Positions 1-8,569 of a DNA stretch of 32,520 nucleotides are shown one piece after another. The first letter of the stretch is position 1; each line of letters starts with the position of its first letter. Source of the stretch: Candidatus Methylomirabilia bacterium (lineage in GTDB: Bacteria; Methylomirabilota; Methylomirabilia; Rokubacteriales; CSP1-6). Below the pieces are notes generated by a model. It saw nothing but the letters and a program-made list of their open reading frames with translations, searched no databases and had not been told where the DNA came from. Position numbers and translations under genes: made by a program. The stretch is from the NCBI GenBank assembly GCA_041492755.1, contig JBGPXN010000040.1:1-32520 (forward strand), in the 5' to 3' direction.

Positions 1-1
1 A

Positions 2-274
2 TTCTGGTACAACAACGCGCCCATCACCTTCTTCATAGAGTCGGCCTTCGCTCCCATGCTGGACTCGTACAACCTGTCCGGGTCTCAGGTCGGCACGACG
101 CTGAACTGGGCACCGGATCCACCAGGGACGATCCAGCCCTGGTCTCCGGATCAGCCCCTTCCCACCCCGGAGCCGACCTCACTCGTCCTTCTCGCATCTG
201 GTTTCCTGGGGGGCGGATGGTGGCTACGGCGACGAGGCGCGGCTCAGCGCCGAGCGGCGCCACCCGCGAACTGA
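2..274 (+). CDS. PEP-CTERM sorting domain-containing exported protein (5'-partial)
   Basis: Frame is open from position 2 (FWYNNAPITFFIESAFAPML...). C-terminus TPEPTSLVLLASGFLGGGWWLRRR = PEP motif + hydrophobic helix + Arg cluster. Confidence 0.85.
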   Translation, partial: FWYNNAPITFFIESAFAPMLDSYNLSGSQVGTTLNWAPDPPGTIQPWSPDQPLPTPEPTSLVLLASGFLGGGWWLRRRGAAQRRAAPPAN

Positions 275-545
275 TCGTCTCTCGAATGGTCTGTCGACGA
301 CAGGCCAGTTCCCGCGCACGAAACTCTCCTCGCTGACGACCGACCCACTGTCGCTTCGGACTGGGGTTTCGATCCTCGCCCGATCGCCTTTGCCCATGGA
401 GTTCTCGACACGACGGGGGGCGTGCACACGCTGGGTGCTGAACTACCCACCTCGTTCAACGACTCCGCGCGCCCGCACCACTCCGGTGTCTCGGAAGTGC
501 ACGGGAGTTCATGCGATTGCTGGGCCGCTCGCGGACGCACACGTC

Positions 546-560
546 TGGCACACCGCTTGC
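546..560 (+). promoter_or_regulatory. Sigma54 (-24/-12) promoter
   Basis: TGGCAC-ACCGC-TTGC is an exact match to TGGCAC-N5-TTGC, in intergenic DNA upstream of the PHP gene. Confidence 0.65.
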
Positions 561-740
561 CGTGTCTTGGCCGCGGGACAACGGCGCTTTGAATCACGCA
601 GAGAGGGGTGCCAGCACGTACAAGCCCCAAGAGGAAGGTATGGAACAGCGGGGCCTCGTCGATGACTCGACGCGGCCGTGAGGGCACCCAGCGCGAGGGC
701 CGTGAGGTACGTGCGACCCTCGCGCGCCGAGCTGGTGAAT

Positions 741-785
741 CCTCGGATGGAGGCGGGCTTCGCTCGTCCGGAAGCCTCCCCGAGC
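741..785. repeat. Degenerate REP-like GC hairpin element
   Basis: cctcgga..ggaggcgggCTTCGctcgtccggaagcctcccc resembles the element at 3483-3527 (ctcggaggggggcttcgccccccttccgatacctcccc). Confidence 0.45.
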
Positions 786-792
786 GACTCTG

Positions 793-1527
793 TTGAGCTT
801 GCTGAAGGCCGACCTCCATCTGCATACGCGGGAGGCGGAGTCGTTCATCGACCACGACGTTTGTGCTCTGATCGATCGCGCGGCGTCCGAAGGCTACCAG
901 GTGCTCAGCATCACGAACCACGACGTTCGCACCTTCGACGAACGCTTGGCCGCCTATGCGGCTCGATGCGGCATCGTATTGATCCCGGGCGCGGAGGCGA
1001 CCATCGAGGGTCGCCACGTGCTGCTCTACAACTTCGACGTCCCGCTCTCCGTGCTGCGGACGTTCGCGGATCTGAGAAAATACAAGACGCCGGACTGGCT
1101 CGTCGCGGCCCCCCATCCGTTTTTTCCCGGCTCGGTGTCGTTGGGCGGTCGGCTCGTCAGCGAAATCGACGTCTTCGACGCAATCGAGCTCAGCCACTAC
1201 TACACCCGAGGGATCGACTTCAACCGGCGCGCCGTCACGCTCGCGCGCGAAGTCGGATTACCGCTCGTGGGAAACTCGGACACTCATCTCGCGCGCCAGT
1301 TCGGGACGACGTACTCCATCATCGAGGCCGAGCCGACGACCGATTGCGTCCTGTCGGCCATTCGGAAGGGACGCGTGGAGGCGGCGAGTCAGCCGCTCCC
1401 GTTGCGCTGCTTCGTGAGCGTCGGCGTCGAGCTGGTACTCCGCACCGCCTGCAGTCGCGCCCGAACCGCCCTCGGGCTGGTCACGTCACCGCCGGAGCCC
1501 GTGCGCGGCCTGTCGCGCGTACGCTGA
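793..1527 (+). CDS. PHP-domain metal-dependent phosphoesterase
   Basis: DLHLHT, ITNHD, PGAE, PHPF and NSDTH motifs of the PHP family; TTG start. Confidence 0.85.
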   Translation: MSLLKADLHLHTREAESFIDHDVCALIDRAASEGYQVLSITNHDVRTFDERLAAYAARCGIVLIPGAEATIEGRHVLLYNFDVPLSVLRTFADLRKYKTPDWLVAAPHPFFPGSVSLGGRLVSEIDVFDAIELSHYYTRGIDFNRRAVTLAREVGLPLVGNSDTHLARQFGTTYSIIEAEPTTDCVLSAIRKGRVEAASQPLPLRCFVSVGVELVLRTACSRARTALGLVTSPPEPVRGLSRVR

Positions 1528-1995
1528 CGTTCGGGTGCGGCTCTCCCCGGGCCGGCCAGCGGCCAGGGACACCGAACCAGTAGAACGATCGAGCCGGGCC
1601 CCGCTCGGAAGTCCCCTGCCGGGCACTGCGCGCACCGGCCGCGCCGATGATCGACGCGGCTGGCGATTAACATCGGATGTCTTTGGTTGTCAAGTATCGT
1701 GTGGTCACCGATCGCGGGCGGCGGAGTCGGGGGATGAGGCGGTGGCCTCCACAACCGGGTGGGCAGCGCTTGACTCGCTGCCCCAGCGCCCGTATGTTCG
1801 CAACGACGCGTGAGCAGGGATCACCTGCAATATCGACGGTCCTGGACCTCCGGAGTCCTTCGCCGATGTCCTGCGGGGTTTGCCTCTGCTTCTGCTGTCG
1901 CATGCCCGCTCAGCGAGGAACAGGGCGGTCGTCTGGTCGGCCCCTCTCGTACCGGAAACCGGAGGGGCTGGACGACCTTTGCGTGAAGGCTACGG

Positions 1996-2442
1996 ATGTC
2001 TTGGAGGCTGGGGATGTCGAACGTTCGGCCCGGCGCCAATGTGGTGGACGAGCACGTCTTCATGTTCGTCCTGGAACTGGAGATCCGAAAAGCGCTTCGC
2101 CTCCAGTATCCGATCTCACTCGTGACCATCTCGGCCCACGAGTCAGCGGCGTCCACGTCGGCAGGCCTCTCCGATGCGGATCTTGTCCTCCGAGTGGTGA
2201 GCCGCTCCATTCGTGGCGCTGACCTGATCGGGCTCGTTCCGAACCGTCCGATGGCGCTTCGTGCACTCCTCTCCGGCGCCTACATCGACGACGTCGGGCC
2301 GGTGATGGAGCGTATCCGGAATGACGTGCCGAGAGAGTTGCGGCTGCGCTTCGGTGTCGCGTGCTTCCCGGGCACGGATATCAGTGGCCCGGACCTCTTG
2401 GCGCGCGCCGATACGGAGGCGGGGTTGGTTGCGGCGGAGTAG
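1996..2442 (+). CDS. Stand-alone degenerate GGDEF-like domain protein
   Basis: LELEIRKALRLQYPISLV, IRGADLIG and FGVACFPG...DLLARAD follow the GGDEF fold pattern, but the GG[DE]EF motif is absent. Start may be ATG 2014. Confidence 0.6.
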   Translation: MSWRLGMSNVRPGANVVDEHVFMFVLELEIRKALRLQYPISLVTISAHESAASTSAGLSDADLVLRVVSRSIRGADLIGLVPNRPMALRALLSGAYIDDVGPVMERIRNDVPRELRLRFGVACFPGTDISGPDLLARADTEAGLVAAE

Positions 2443-2474
2443 GGGCTAGAAGTCCGCTCGCGCGCCCCGGTAGC

Positions 2475-2777
2475 TCATCGCGGGCGCGGGCATTCCCGCC
2501 GTCGCGTGACGAAGAACCCCCGAGAATCGAGGATGGCCGGGTCCTGGGGAAGTCGGCGCTCGGCCCTGCGGCGTTCCACGGGTGGAGTCTGCCGCCGGGA
2601 CCGCCGGGGGCCGCTCCGGCGATCGTAGAGGATCAGGGTTTCGGGATCGTGGCCGAAGCGGACGCGTAACAGGTCGTAGAGCTCGGTCGCCCCCGCACGG
2701 ACGATGATCAGTCGTTTGGGCCGAACGATCTCCCCCACTCCACGGGCGATACTCGCCACTACGGCATCCCTCCCCAC
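2475..2777 (-). CDS. Small basic hypothetical protein with DRR/ERR (RxxxR) repeats
   Basis: Coding-like core LIIVRAGATELYDLLRVRFGHDPETLILYDRRSGPRR...ERRRAERR, downstream of a sigma54 promoter; start uncertain. Confidence 0.6.
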   Translation of the reverse strand: MGRDAVVASIARGVGEIVRPKRLIIVRAGATELYDLLRVRFGHDPETLILYDRRSGPRRSRRQTPPVERRRAERRLPQDPAILDSRGFFVTRRRECPRPR

Positions 2778-2843
2778 GCGATAGTCGCCACTAGGGCGTC
2801 CCTCTACAGATACGATGTCGTCTCAAATCACGCAGCAGTTTAG

Positions 2844-2960
2844 GCATGACACGTGCCACAGACCAAAAAGTTAGTAGACATAGGAGTTTGTCGTCTCTGG
2901 GAGGGGTACTGTCACGGCCGTCAGCCGGCCAAAAACTGGCCAGTCGCCCAAAAACTAGCC
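2844..2960 (-). promoter_or_regulatory. Sigma54 promoter with IHF-like box and tandem activator sites
   Basis: Minus strand TGGCAC-GTGTC-ATGC (GG-N10-GC) at 2844-2858; gACCAAaaagTTA (IHF-like) at 2861-2873; repeats ggccaaaaactggcc (2927-2941) and gcccaaaaactagcc (2946-2960). Confidence 0.6.
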
Positions 2961-2983
2961 AGTGGCCGGGCTGCGGTACGGGA

Positions 2984-3481
2984 TCAGGTGTTGCGGTAGT
3001 TCGTGAATTGGACCGCGATACCGAGCTCGCGGTCTTTCAGCAGGGCGATGATCTGCTGGAGGTCGTCGCGGTTCTTGCCGCTGACCCGCACCTGATCCTC
3101 CTGGATGGAGGCCTGCACCCGCAGCTTGGTGTCCTTGATCAGCCGGACGATCTCGCGCGCCTTCTCGATGGGGATCCCCTGCTGCAATGCGATCTTCTGG
3201 CGGAGCACGCCGCCCGACGCTTCCTCGACCTTGCCGTAGGACAGCGCCTTGAGCGGCACCCCGCGCTTGTGGAGCTTGGACTGGAGGATGTCGAGCACCG
3301 CCTTGAGCTTCATGTCGTCGGGCGCGGTCACCACGAGCTCGGTTTTCTCGAGCTCAACCTCGTTCTTCGTGCCCTTGAGGTCGTAACGGGTCGCGATGTC
3401 CCGCCGCGCCTGGTCCACGGCGTTGGTGACTTCCTGCATGTCGATCTTGCAGGCGATGTCGAACGAGTTCTCAGCGGCCAT
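2984..3481 (-). CDS. yajQ: YajQ family nucleotide/c-di-GMP-binding protein
   Basis: SFDI...[10 protein letters not shown]...RYDLKG...[21 protein letters not shown]...QFTNYR; ATG at 3481. Confidence 0.95.
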   Translation of the reverse strand: MAAENSFDIACKIDMQEVTNAVDQARRDIATRYDLKGTKNEVELEKTELVVTAPDDMKLKAVLDILQSKLHKRGVPLKALSYGKVEEASGGVLRQKIALQQGIPIEKAREIVRLIKDTKLRVQASIQEDQVRVSGKNRDDLQQIIALLKDRELGIAVQFTNYRNT

Positions 3482-3482
3482 A

Positions 3483-3557
3483 CCCTCGGAGGGGGGCTTC
3501 GCCCCCCTTCCGATACCTCCCCCCAGGATTTGCGGCGGCACCGCCGCCGCTCGAACG
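3483..3557. repeat. REP-like double hairpin element
   Basis: tcggaggggggc-ttc-gccccccttccga hairpin, C-rich spacer, then gcggcggc-acc-gccgccgc hairpin and tcga. Confidence 0.6.
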
Positions 3558-3576
3558 CGATGATCCAACCACGATT

Positions 3577-4230
3577 CTAGCGGAGCGGCACGGTCGCCGC
3601 ACCCTTCGGAGGTACGAACGTGAACAGCGCGTCGTTGAGCCCGGGGTTGACGGTCATCTTGACGAATCGCATGGTGACCGTGTTCTCGAACTGATCGTAG
3701 ACCACGGCCTTGCGCACCTGCCAGGTCTTGGGCTCGAGCGAGAGGATCAGCCGCGACAGGGTCGGCAGCGCACGCTTCGGCGCAAGATCGAGGACGACGT
3801 TACCCTCGGCGTCGCGCGGCTGCGCCATGTTGAGGAACCGCACGCCGAAGTGCTCGCGCAGCCGGCCGAGGCCCGCCAGGAAGCTGCCGGCCGGACCCGC
3901 GAGCGCCTCCGGTGCGGGCCCGGCGTTCACCTGGTTCAGCGTCGGCGTGTAGACCCACAGCGTCTTGCCGTCGGACACGATCTCCTGCTTGGTGGGCTCG
4001 AGATACTCCCAGCGGATCTTGCCGCCCTTCTTGAGATAGACGCTGCCGCGGGCGGGGATCGTCTGGTTGAGGCTCTTGTTGAACGACGTTTGGTTGAATT
4101 CCGCCGACAGGTCGGTCATCTTCCCGTAGGCGGCCTCGATGCCCTGGACGTCGTCGTCGAGACTCTCCGCGCGCGCTATCGCGGGCGCCAGAAGCAGCAG
4201 GGCCAGGACGAATGCCAGCGTCTTCATCAC
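3577..4230 (-). CDS. lolA: Outer-membrane lipoprotein carrier protein LolA
   Basis: Signal peptide; [23 protein letters not shown] and [10 protein letters not shown] motifs. Confidence 0.9.
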   Translation of the reverse strand: MMKTLAFVLALLLLAPAIARAESLDDDVQGIEAAYGKMTDLSAEFNQTSFNKSLNQTIPARGSVYLKKGGKIRWEYLEPTKQEIVSDGKTLWVYTPTLNQVNAGPAPEALAGPAGSFLAGLGRLREHFGVRFLNMAQPRDAEGNVVLDLAPKRALPTLSRLILSLEPKTWQVRKAVVYDQFENTVTMRFVKMTVNPGLNDALFTFVPPKGAATVPLR

Positions 4231-4341
4231 CGTTCCACTCTACATGATGATCGAGGCAGGCGCGGCGCCTGCTCGGCGTCGGCCGTCTCGCGCCTACCCG
4301 TCAGATGTGTGCGAACCCGCCGGGATTCACTCGCCACGGTC

Positions 4342-4818
4342 TCAGCGAGCGGCACCGACCGTCATCTCCGATACGATGAGTCGGTAGTCCGACCGCGGCT
4401 TGAACGTCATCCGCTTGGAGACCCCGTAGATGACGACTTCCTGGAACAGCTCGAGCCACGGCTTCTCGTCGTGGACCATCCGGGTCGCCTCCGTGTAGAG
4501 CTCTTTGCGCTTCTTGGGATCGAGCGAGTAGCGCCCTTGTTCCATGAGGTCGTGGAAGCGGTGGCCGGGCTGGCTGCCCGTCCAGTACCGGCCCGAGAAG
4601 CCGTTCGGGTGGAAGAGACGCCACAGGCTGCCGTCGGCGTCGAGCAGCGTGGACTGAGGATTGCCGAGCATCAGGCCATTGACCGGCACCGCGCGCTCGT
4701 TGTTCATCTTCTGCCGGCGCGCCATCTCCATCATCTCGACCTTGGCCCGGATGCCGGCCTGCGACCACATGTCCGCGATCGCCTCCAGCAGCTGCTTGTC
4801 GTTGACCCTTGCGAACAA
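4342..4818 (-). pseudogene. C-terminal fragment of a family-5 (Opp/Dpp) ABC substrate-binding protein
   Basis: NDKQLLEAIADMWSQAGIRAKV...LDPKKRKELYTEATRMVHDEKPWLELFQ corresponds to the last part of an SBP_bac_5 protein; no signal peptide or N-terminal portion fits before the upstream gene. Confidence 0.7.
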
Positions 4819-4857
4819 CGAACTCGAACATCGCCCGCTACGCCCGGACGCGCGACG

Positions 4858-5610
4858 TCAGCGATAGTCCTCGGCGGCGTCGAGCGGCTCGTAGCCGAGG
4901 ACGGCCCGCGTGTGCTCGAGATCACGATACCCCCGGCGGTTCCTGGAGGTGACGAAGACCACGTCGAAGCGCACGGTCGGCGGGGCCGTCACGCACAACT
5001 CGAGTCCCCGTGCGATGTCGCGCTGGCTGCAGAAGACCGAATATTCGCGGGGCGCCATCGGCCGATCCTCGGCGCTGACGTGGCCGATGCGCACGCAGAT
5101 CATCGACATGCCGTGGGCCTGGGCGTAGTGGCGCGCCAGCGTCTCGCCCCACACCTTGCTGCAGCCGTACAGTCCGTTCGGCCGCACCGCCGACTCATGA
5201 GTCAGCAACGGCCACGTCGCCGCCTCCGGCAAGCGGCCGGCCACCAGATCCCGGTACGGTTGCTCGCGCTCGATCGCGCTCACCGTCGACCCGCTACTCG
5301 CGAACACGACTCGCTTGACGCCGGCCTGCCGCGCCGCTTCGTACACGTTGTAGGTCCCGCGCACGTTGACCCGGAGGATGTCCTCGTCCGGCGCCTTGTT
5401 GCCCACGGTGGCCGCCAGGTGGACCACCACGTCGACCCCGGCGAACGCGGGCCGGATCGCGTCAAAATCGCCGATATCGGCGCGGTGGCACGGCACCCCC
5501 GCCACCGGGCTGCGGTTGAGCGCGCGCAGGTTCCACGCCGTGCCGACGCGCGCGTGGAGCGCGCGCCCGATCAGCCCGCTCAGCCCGGTGACGAGGACGG
5601 TGAGGGCCAC
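4858..5610 (-). CDS. NAD-dependent epimerase/dehydratase (uronate dehydrogenase-like SDR)
   Basis: VLVTGLSGLIG Rossmann motif, VVHLAA, FASS, YGCSK (YxxxK); GTG at 5610. Confidence 0.85.
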   Translation of the reverse strand: MALTVLVTGLSGLIGRALHARVGTAWNLRALNRSPVAGVPCHRADIGDFDAIRPAFAGVDVVVHLAATVGNKAPDEDILRVNVRGTYNVYEAARQAGVKRVVFASSGSTVSAIEREQPYRDLVAGRLPEAATWPLLTHESAVRPNGLYGCSKVWGETLARHYAQAHGMSMICVRIGHVSAEDRPMAPREYSVFCSQRDIARGLELCVTAPPTVRFDVVFVTSRNRRGYRDLEHTRAVLGYEPLDAAEDYR

Positions 5611-5640
5611 GTCGCTCAGAGCCCGTGAACGAATCGCGGA

Positions 5641-5717
5641 GTCGAGGAGCGCCACGGCTTCGCCGGGGCGCTTCCGAGCGTCTGGGGGGTGTGGGGGGCC
5701 ATGTCGGGGCCCCCCAC
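5641..5717. repeat. REP-like double hairpin element
   Basis: gagcgccacggc-ttc-gccggggcgctt hairpin, ctgggggg spacer, then a perfect 10-bp stem gtggggggcc(5691-5700)/ggccccccac(5708-5717). Confidence 0.6.
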
Positions 5718-6854
5718 TCAATCGACGGCCGTGTGCGCGATGTTGGCGATGCGGTCCAGCCGCTCGCTGTGCCACGGGTCCGGCAGCCGGCTGTTGCTGA
5801 GGTACGCGAAGGACACCCCGGACTCCGGATCAGCCCAGCAATACGACGTGCCGACACCACCGTGGCCGAACGTGGTCGGCGACGCCAGCGCGCCGAGCCC
5901 GCGGATGCTCGGCGTCGTCCCGCGCACGTGGGGCCCGAGCCCACGATGCATCGCCATGCCCATGTAGGAATCGATCCGCTCGTCGGTGAAGTTCCGCGTC
6001 ACGTAGTGCACCAGGCGCGGCGACAGCAGCCGGACCCCGTTGAGCGTCCCGCCCTGCACGAGCATCTGGTAGAACGCGGCCAGCGCCCGCGCGGTCCCGA
6101 AGCCGCCGCCGCCCGGCGACCCGGCGCGCCGGAACGCCGCCGTGTTGTCGGACGCGCGGACGACCTGACGACCGTTGTCGGCCGCGGGCTCGTGCATGTC
6201 GATGGCACGCGCGTGGGCCGCGTCGGGCACGCCGACGAACAGATCGTCGCCCAGACCGAGCGGCTCGATGACGTTCTCGCGGATGAAGTCGCGATAGTCG
6301 GTCTTGGTCAGCGACTCGATGAGCACGGCCGCCGTCCAGTGCGCGGCGAGCCGGTGGTACTGCACCTGCGAGCCGGGCGTCCACTCGAGCGTGAAGTTGC
6401 ACACGACGCGGCGCAGGAGGTAGTGATCGGTCGACGCTTCCGCCGGCACGTCCGCGCTCGGGAACCCGCCCTGGTGGCTCAGGAGCTGCAGAATCGTGAT
6501 GTCGCCCTTTCCGTTCGCCTCGAAGCCGGGCACGTGGGCGGCCACCCGGTCGGTGAACGACAGCATCCCGCGCTCGACCAGCAGCCACACCGCGCACGCC
6601 GTGATGACCTTGGTGTTGGAGTACAGCAGCCACAGCGTGTCGTCGCGCGCAGGCGCGCGCTTGGGCTCCGTCCGCGCGTCGCCGAAGCTGGCGAAGAGCG
6701 CGAGCTTGCCGCCCCGCGCCATGGCGATCTGCGCGCCCGGGTAGCGCCCCTCCGCGATGTGCCGGGTGATCACTTCTTGAAGTCGATCGAGGGCCCGATC
6801 GTTCAGTCCCAGCGACGACGGTTTGGCGAGCTCGAGCGGAAACGCGGTGGCCAT
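5718..6854 (-). CDS. Serine hydrolase, beta-lactamase/class C-like family
   Basis: SNTK (SxxK), LLSHQGG, QYH and FGHGG motifs; SD ggagg upstream. Confidence 0.9.
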   Translation of the reverse strand: MATAFPLELAKPSSLGLNDRALDRLQEVITRHIAEGRYPGAQIAMARGGKLALFASFGDARTEPKRAPARDDTLWLLYSNTKVITACAVWLLVERGMLSFTDRVAAHVPGFEANGKGDITILQLLSHQGGFPSADVPAEASTDHYLLRRVVCNFTLEWTPGSQVQYHRLAAHWTAAVLIESLTKTDYRDFIRENVIEPLGLGDDLFVGVPDAAHARAIDMHEPAADNGRQVVRASDNTAAFRRAGSPGGGGFGTARALAAFYQMLVQGGTLNGVRLLSPRLVHYVTRNFTDERIDSYMGMAMHRGLGPHVRGTTPSIRGLGALASPTTFGHGGVGTSYCWADPESGVSFAYLSNSRLPDPWHSERLDRIANIAHTAVD

Positions 6855-6909
6855 GCGACACCTCCGAGAGTGATGCCGGACAGTGTACTTTACCCGGAGG
6901 GGGCTGGGA

Positions 6910-7890
6910 TCACTCGATCACGTGGTCGGCCCGTAGCAGCAGGGACGGCGGGATGGTGAGGCCGAGGGCTTTGGCGGTTTTGCGGTTGATGACCAGCTCG
7001 AACTTCGTGGGCTGCTCGACAGGCAAGTCCGCAGGTCGAGCGCCCTTGAGGATTTTGTCGACGTAGATCGCGGCCCGCCTCGCCAGGTCTGAATAACTCG
7101 GGCCATAGGACATCAGGCTGCCAGCTTGCACGAAATCCCGCACTTCGCACATCGTCGGTACTTGAACGCGAGCGGCGAGACCCGCGATGCGATCGCGTTG
7201 ATTGAACGAGACTCCGTCGGTGACGACGACGAGCGCCTGCAGCCGCTCACGGCTGATCGTCGAGAACACCGTCTCTAGCTCTTGAGGATTGCGTACGGTC
7301 AAGCTCTGGAGGTGCACGTTCAAGAACCGCGCCGCAGACGCCGAGTGCGTCGACGCGAGGGCCGCGTGCGCCGTGGTCGGGTTCAGGAGCAAGCCGACAC
7401 GACTGACTCCAGGAATGACTTCCTTCAGAAGCTCCAACCGCTTCGCGTACAACTCTGGGGCCAGTGTCGATAACCCGGTCACGTTACCGCCGGGGCGCGC
7501 CAGGCTCGTGACGAGCCCTGCCGCGACCGGATCTGGGACCAGCACCATGACGATAGACGTCGTAGGCATGGCTCGTTTGGCGGCCAGGCTCTCGACGTCG
7601 CCGGTCGCCACGACCATGTCAACGTGCAGTCGGGCCAGATCAGCGACGAACTCGGGAAGCCGCTCCGGCCTTCCTCCGGCGAAGCGGCGTTCGATGACGA
7701 CACTCCGTCCTTCGACATAGCCGAGCTGTTCCAGCTGATCCAGGAACGGCACCCAAACATTGAGATTGGGCTTGATGGGGTCCGTCCCTATCGACAGGAG
7801 GCCAATCCTGGGAGCATTCTGCGCCTCAGCGCCGAGCGGCGTGGCAACGAGGGCCGAGAGTACGATGAGCGACACGAGCAGGCGGAGCAC
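6910..7890 (-). CDS. ABC transporter substrate-binding protein (ABC_sub_bind type)
   Basis: LARPGGNVTGLS, KRLELLKE, LMSYGP and KILKGARPADLPVEQPTKFELVINRKTAKALG motifs; GTG 7890 follows TTGACC-17-TACGGT. Confidence 0.9.
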   Translation of the reverse strand: MLRLLVSLIVLSALVATPLGAEAQNAPRIGLLSIGTDPIKPNLNVWVPFLDQLEQLGYVEGRSVVIERRFAGGRPERLPEFVADLARLHVDMVVATGDVESLAAKRAMPTTSIVMVLVPDPVAAGLVTSLARPGGNVTGLSTLAPELYAKRLELLKEVIPGVSRVGLLLNPTTAHAALASTHSASAARFLNVHLQSLTVRNPQELETVFSTISRERLQALVVVTDGVSFNQRDRIAGLAARVQVPTMCEVRDFVQAGSLMSYGPSYSDLARRAAIYVDKILKGARPADLPVEQPTKFELVINRKTAKALGLTIPPSLLLRADHVIE

Positions 7891-8250
7891 GCGCAACCGT
7901 AGGCCGGCGCCGCGGGCAGGTCAAGCGGGCTCCCTGACGTTCTGGGATGCGGTTGGGAGGACCCGACGCGGAACCGGGCTATCGCCCCCCCTTCCGACGC
8001 CGAGATCCCCGTCTGGGAACTACCTGGCGACGCGCGCCGCTGGCTGGAACCGGCGCCCCCGGGTGCGCCGCCGTTCACGCCGGCGCAGCTCGCTGGCGCG
8101 ACACGCTGGTGGACTGGACGCCGGTGCCACCGGCCGCGTTGGAGCACGTGACACCGGTATCGGCGGCGTGGCGCTGACGATGGCGACGGGCGGCGCCGTC
8201 ATCGCGAACGCGCGACGGGCGCTCTTCGGGGTCTAGACCGTGTCGCCCCC

Positions 8251-8523
8251 TCACAGCAGCGGCTCGATGGTCTCCCGGGTTTCCGCCGAGGACACCACCG
8301 GCACGATCTCGAAATCGATCAGGTCACCCCACGCGGCGACCCACTGCTGGAGCAGGCGGGCGTCGGCGCACTCCATCACCTGAAAGCACCGATCGAAGTT
8401 CGCCTCGATCCAGCTCCCGACGTACGTGAGCCCCTCCGGTGCGCCGCGCCCCTGCTCCCGAAAGCGCCGATACACCGCCCTGGCGTCCCGATTCCTGAAC
8501 CGCTCGATCACCATGAACAGCAT
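8251..8523 (-). CDS. DUF3303-like small protein
   Basis: MLFMVIERF...GLTYVGSWIEANFDRCFQVMEC...WGDLIDFEIVPV pattern. Confidence 0.75.
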   Translation of the reverse strand: MLFMVIERFRNRDARAVYRRFREQGRGAPEGLTYVGSWIEANFDRCFQVMECADARLLQQWVAAWGDLIDFEIVPVVSSAETRETIEPLL

Positions 8524-8569
8524 CGATCTCTCCCCGGGTACGATGCCGCCGCGCCCCTGACGGCGTGGC

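Noticed and set aside
598..613. Minus-strand sigma54 site TGGCACCCCTCTCTGC
   Set aside because: GG-to-GC spacing is 11 rather than the strict 10.
1530..1995. Small ORFs or sRNA between the PHP and GGDEF-like genes
   Set aside because: No convincing RBS, motif or recognisable RNA structure.
2927..2967. CRISPR-like or iteron array
   Set aside because: Only two copies 19 bp apart, with no spacers and no cas or rep genes; better explained as activator sites.
5718..6854. Antibiotic-resistance beta-lactamase
   Set aside because: No signal peptide, and YH/HGG rather than YxN/KTG motifs; typical of cytoplasmic esterase/amidase members.
7930..8236. Possible decayed gene (PDAEIPVWELPGDARRWLE) and a REP-like gggctatcgcccccccttccga
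   Set aside because: Needs several frameshifts and matches no family I recognise; the repeat lacks its G-rich arm.
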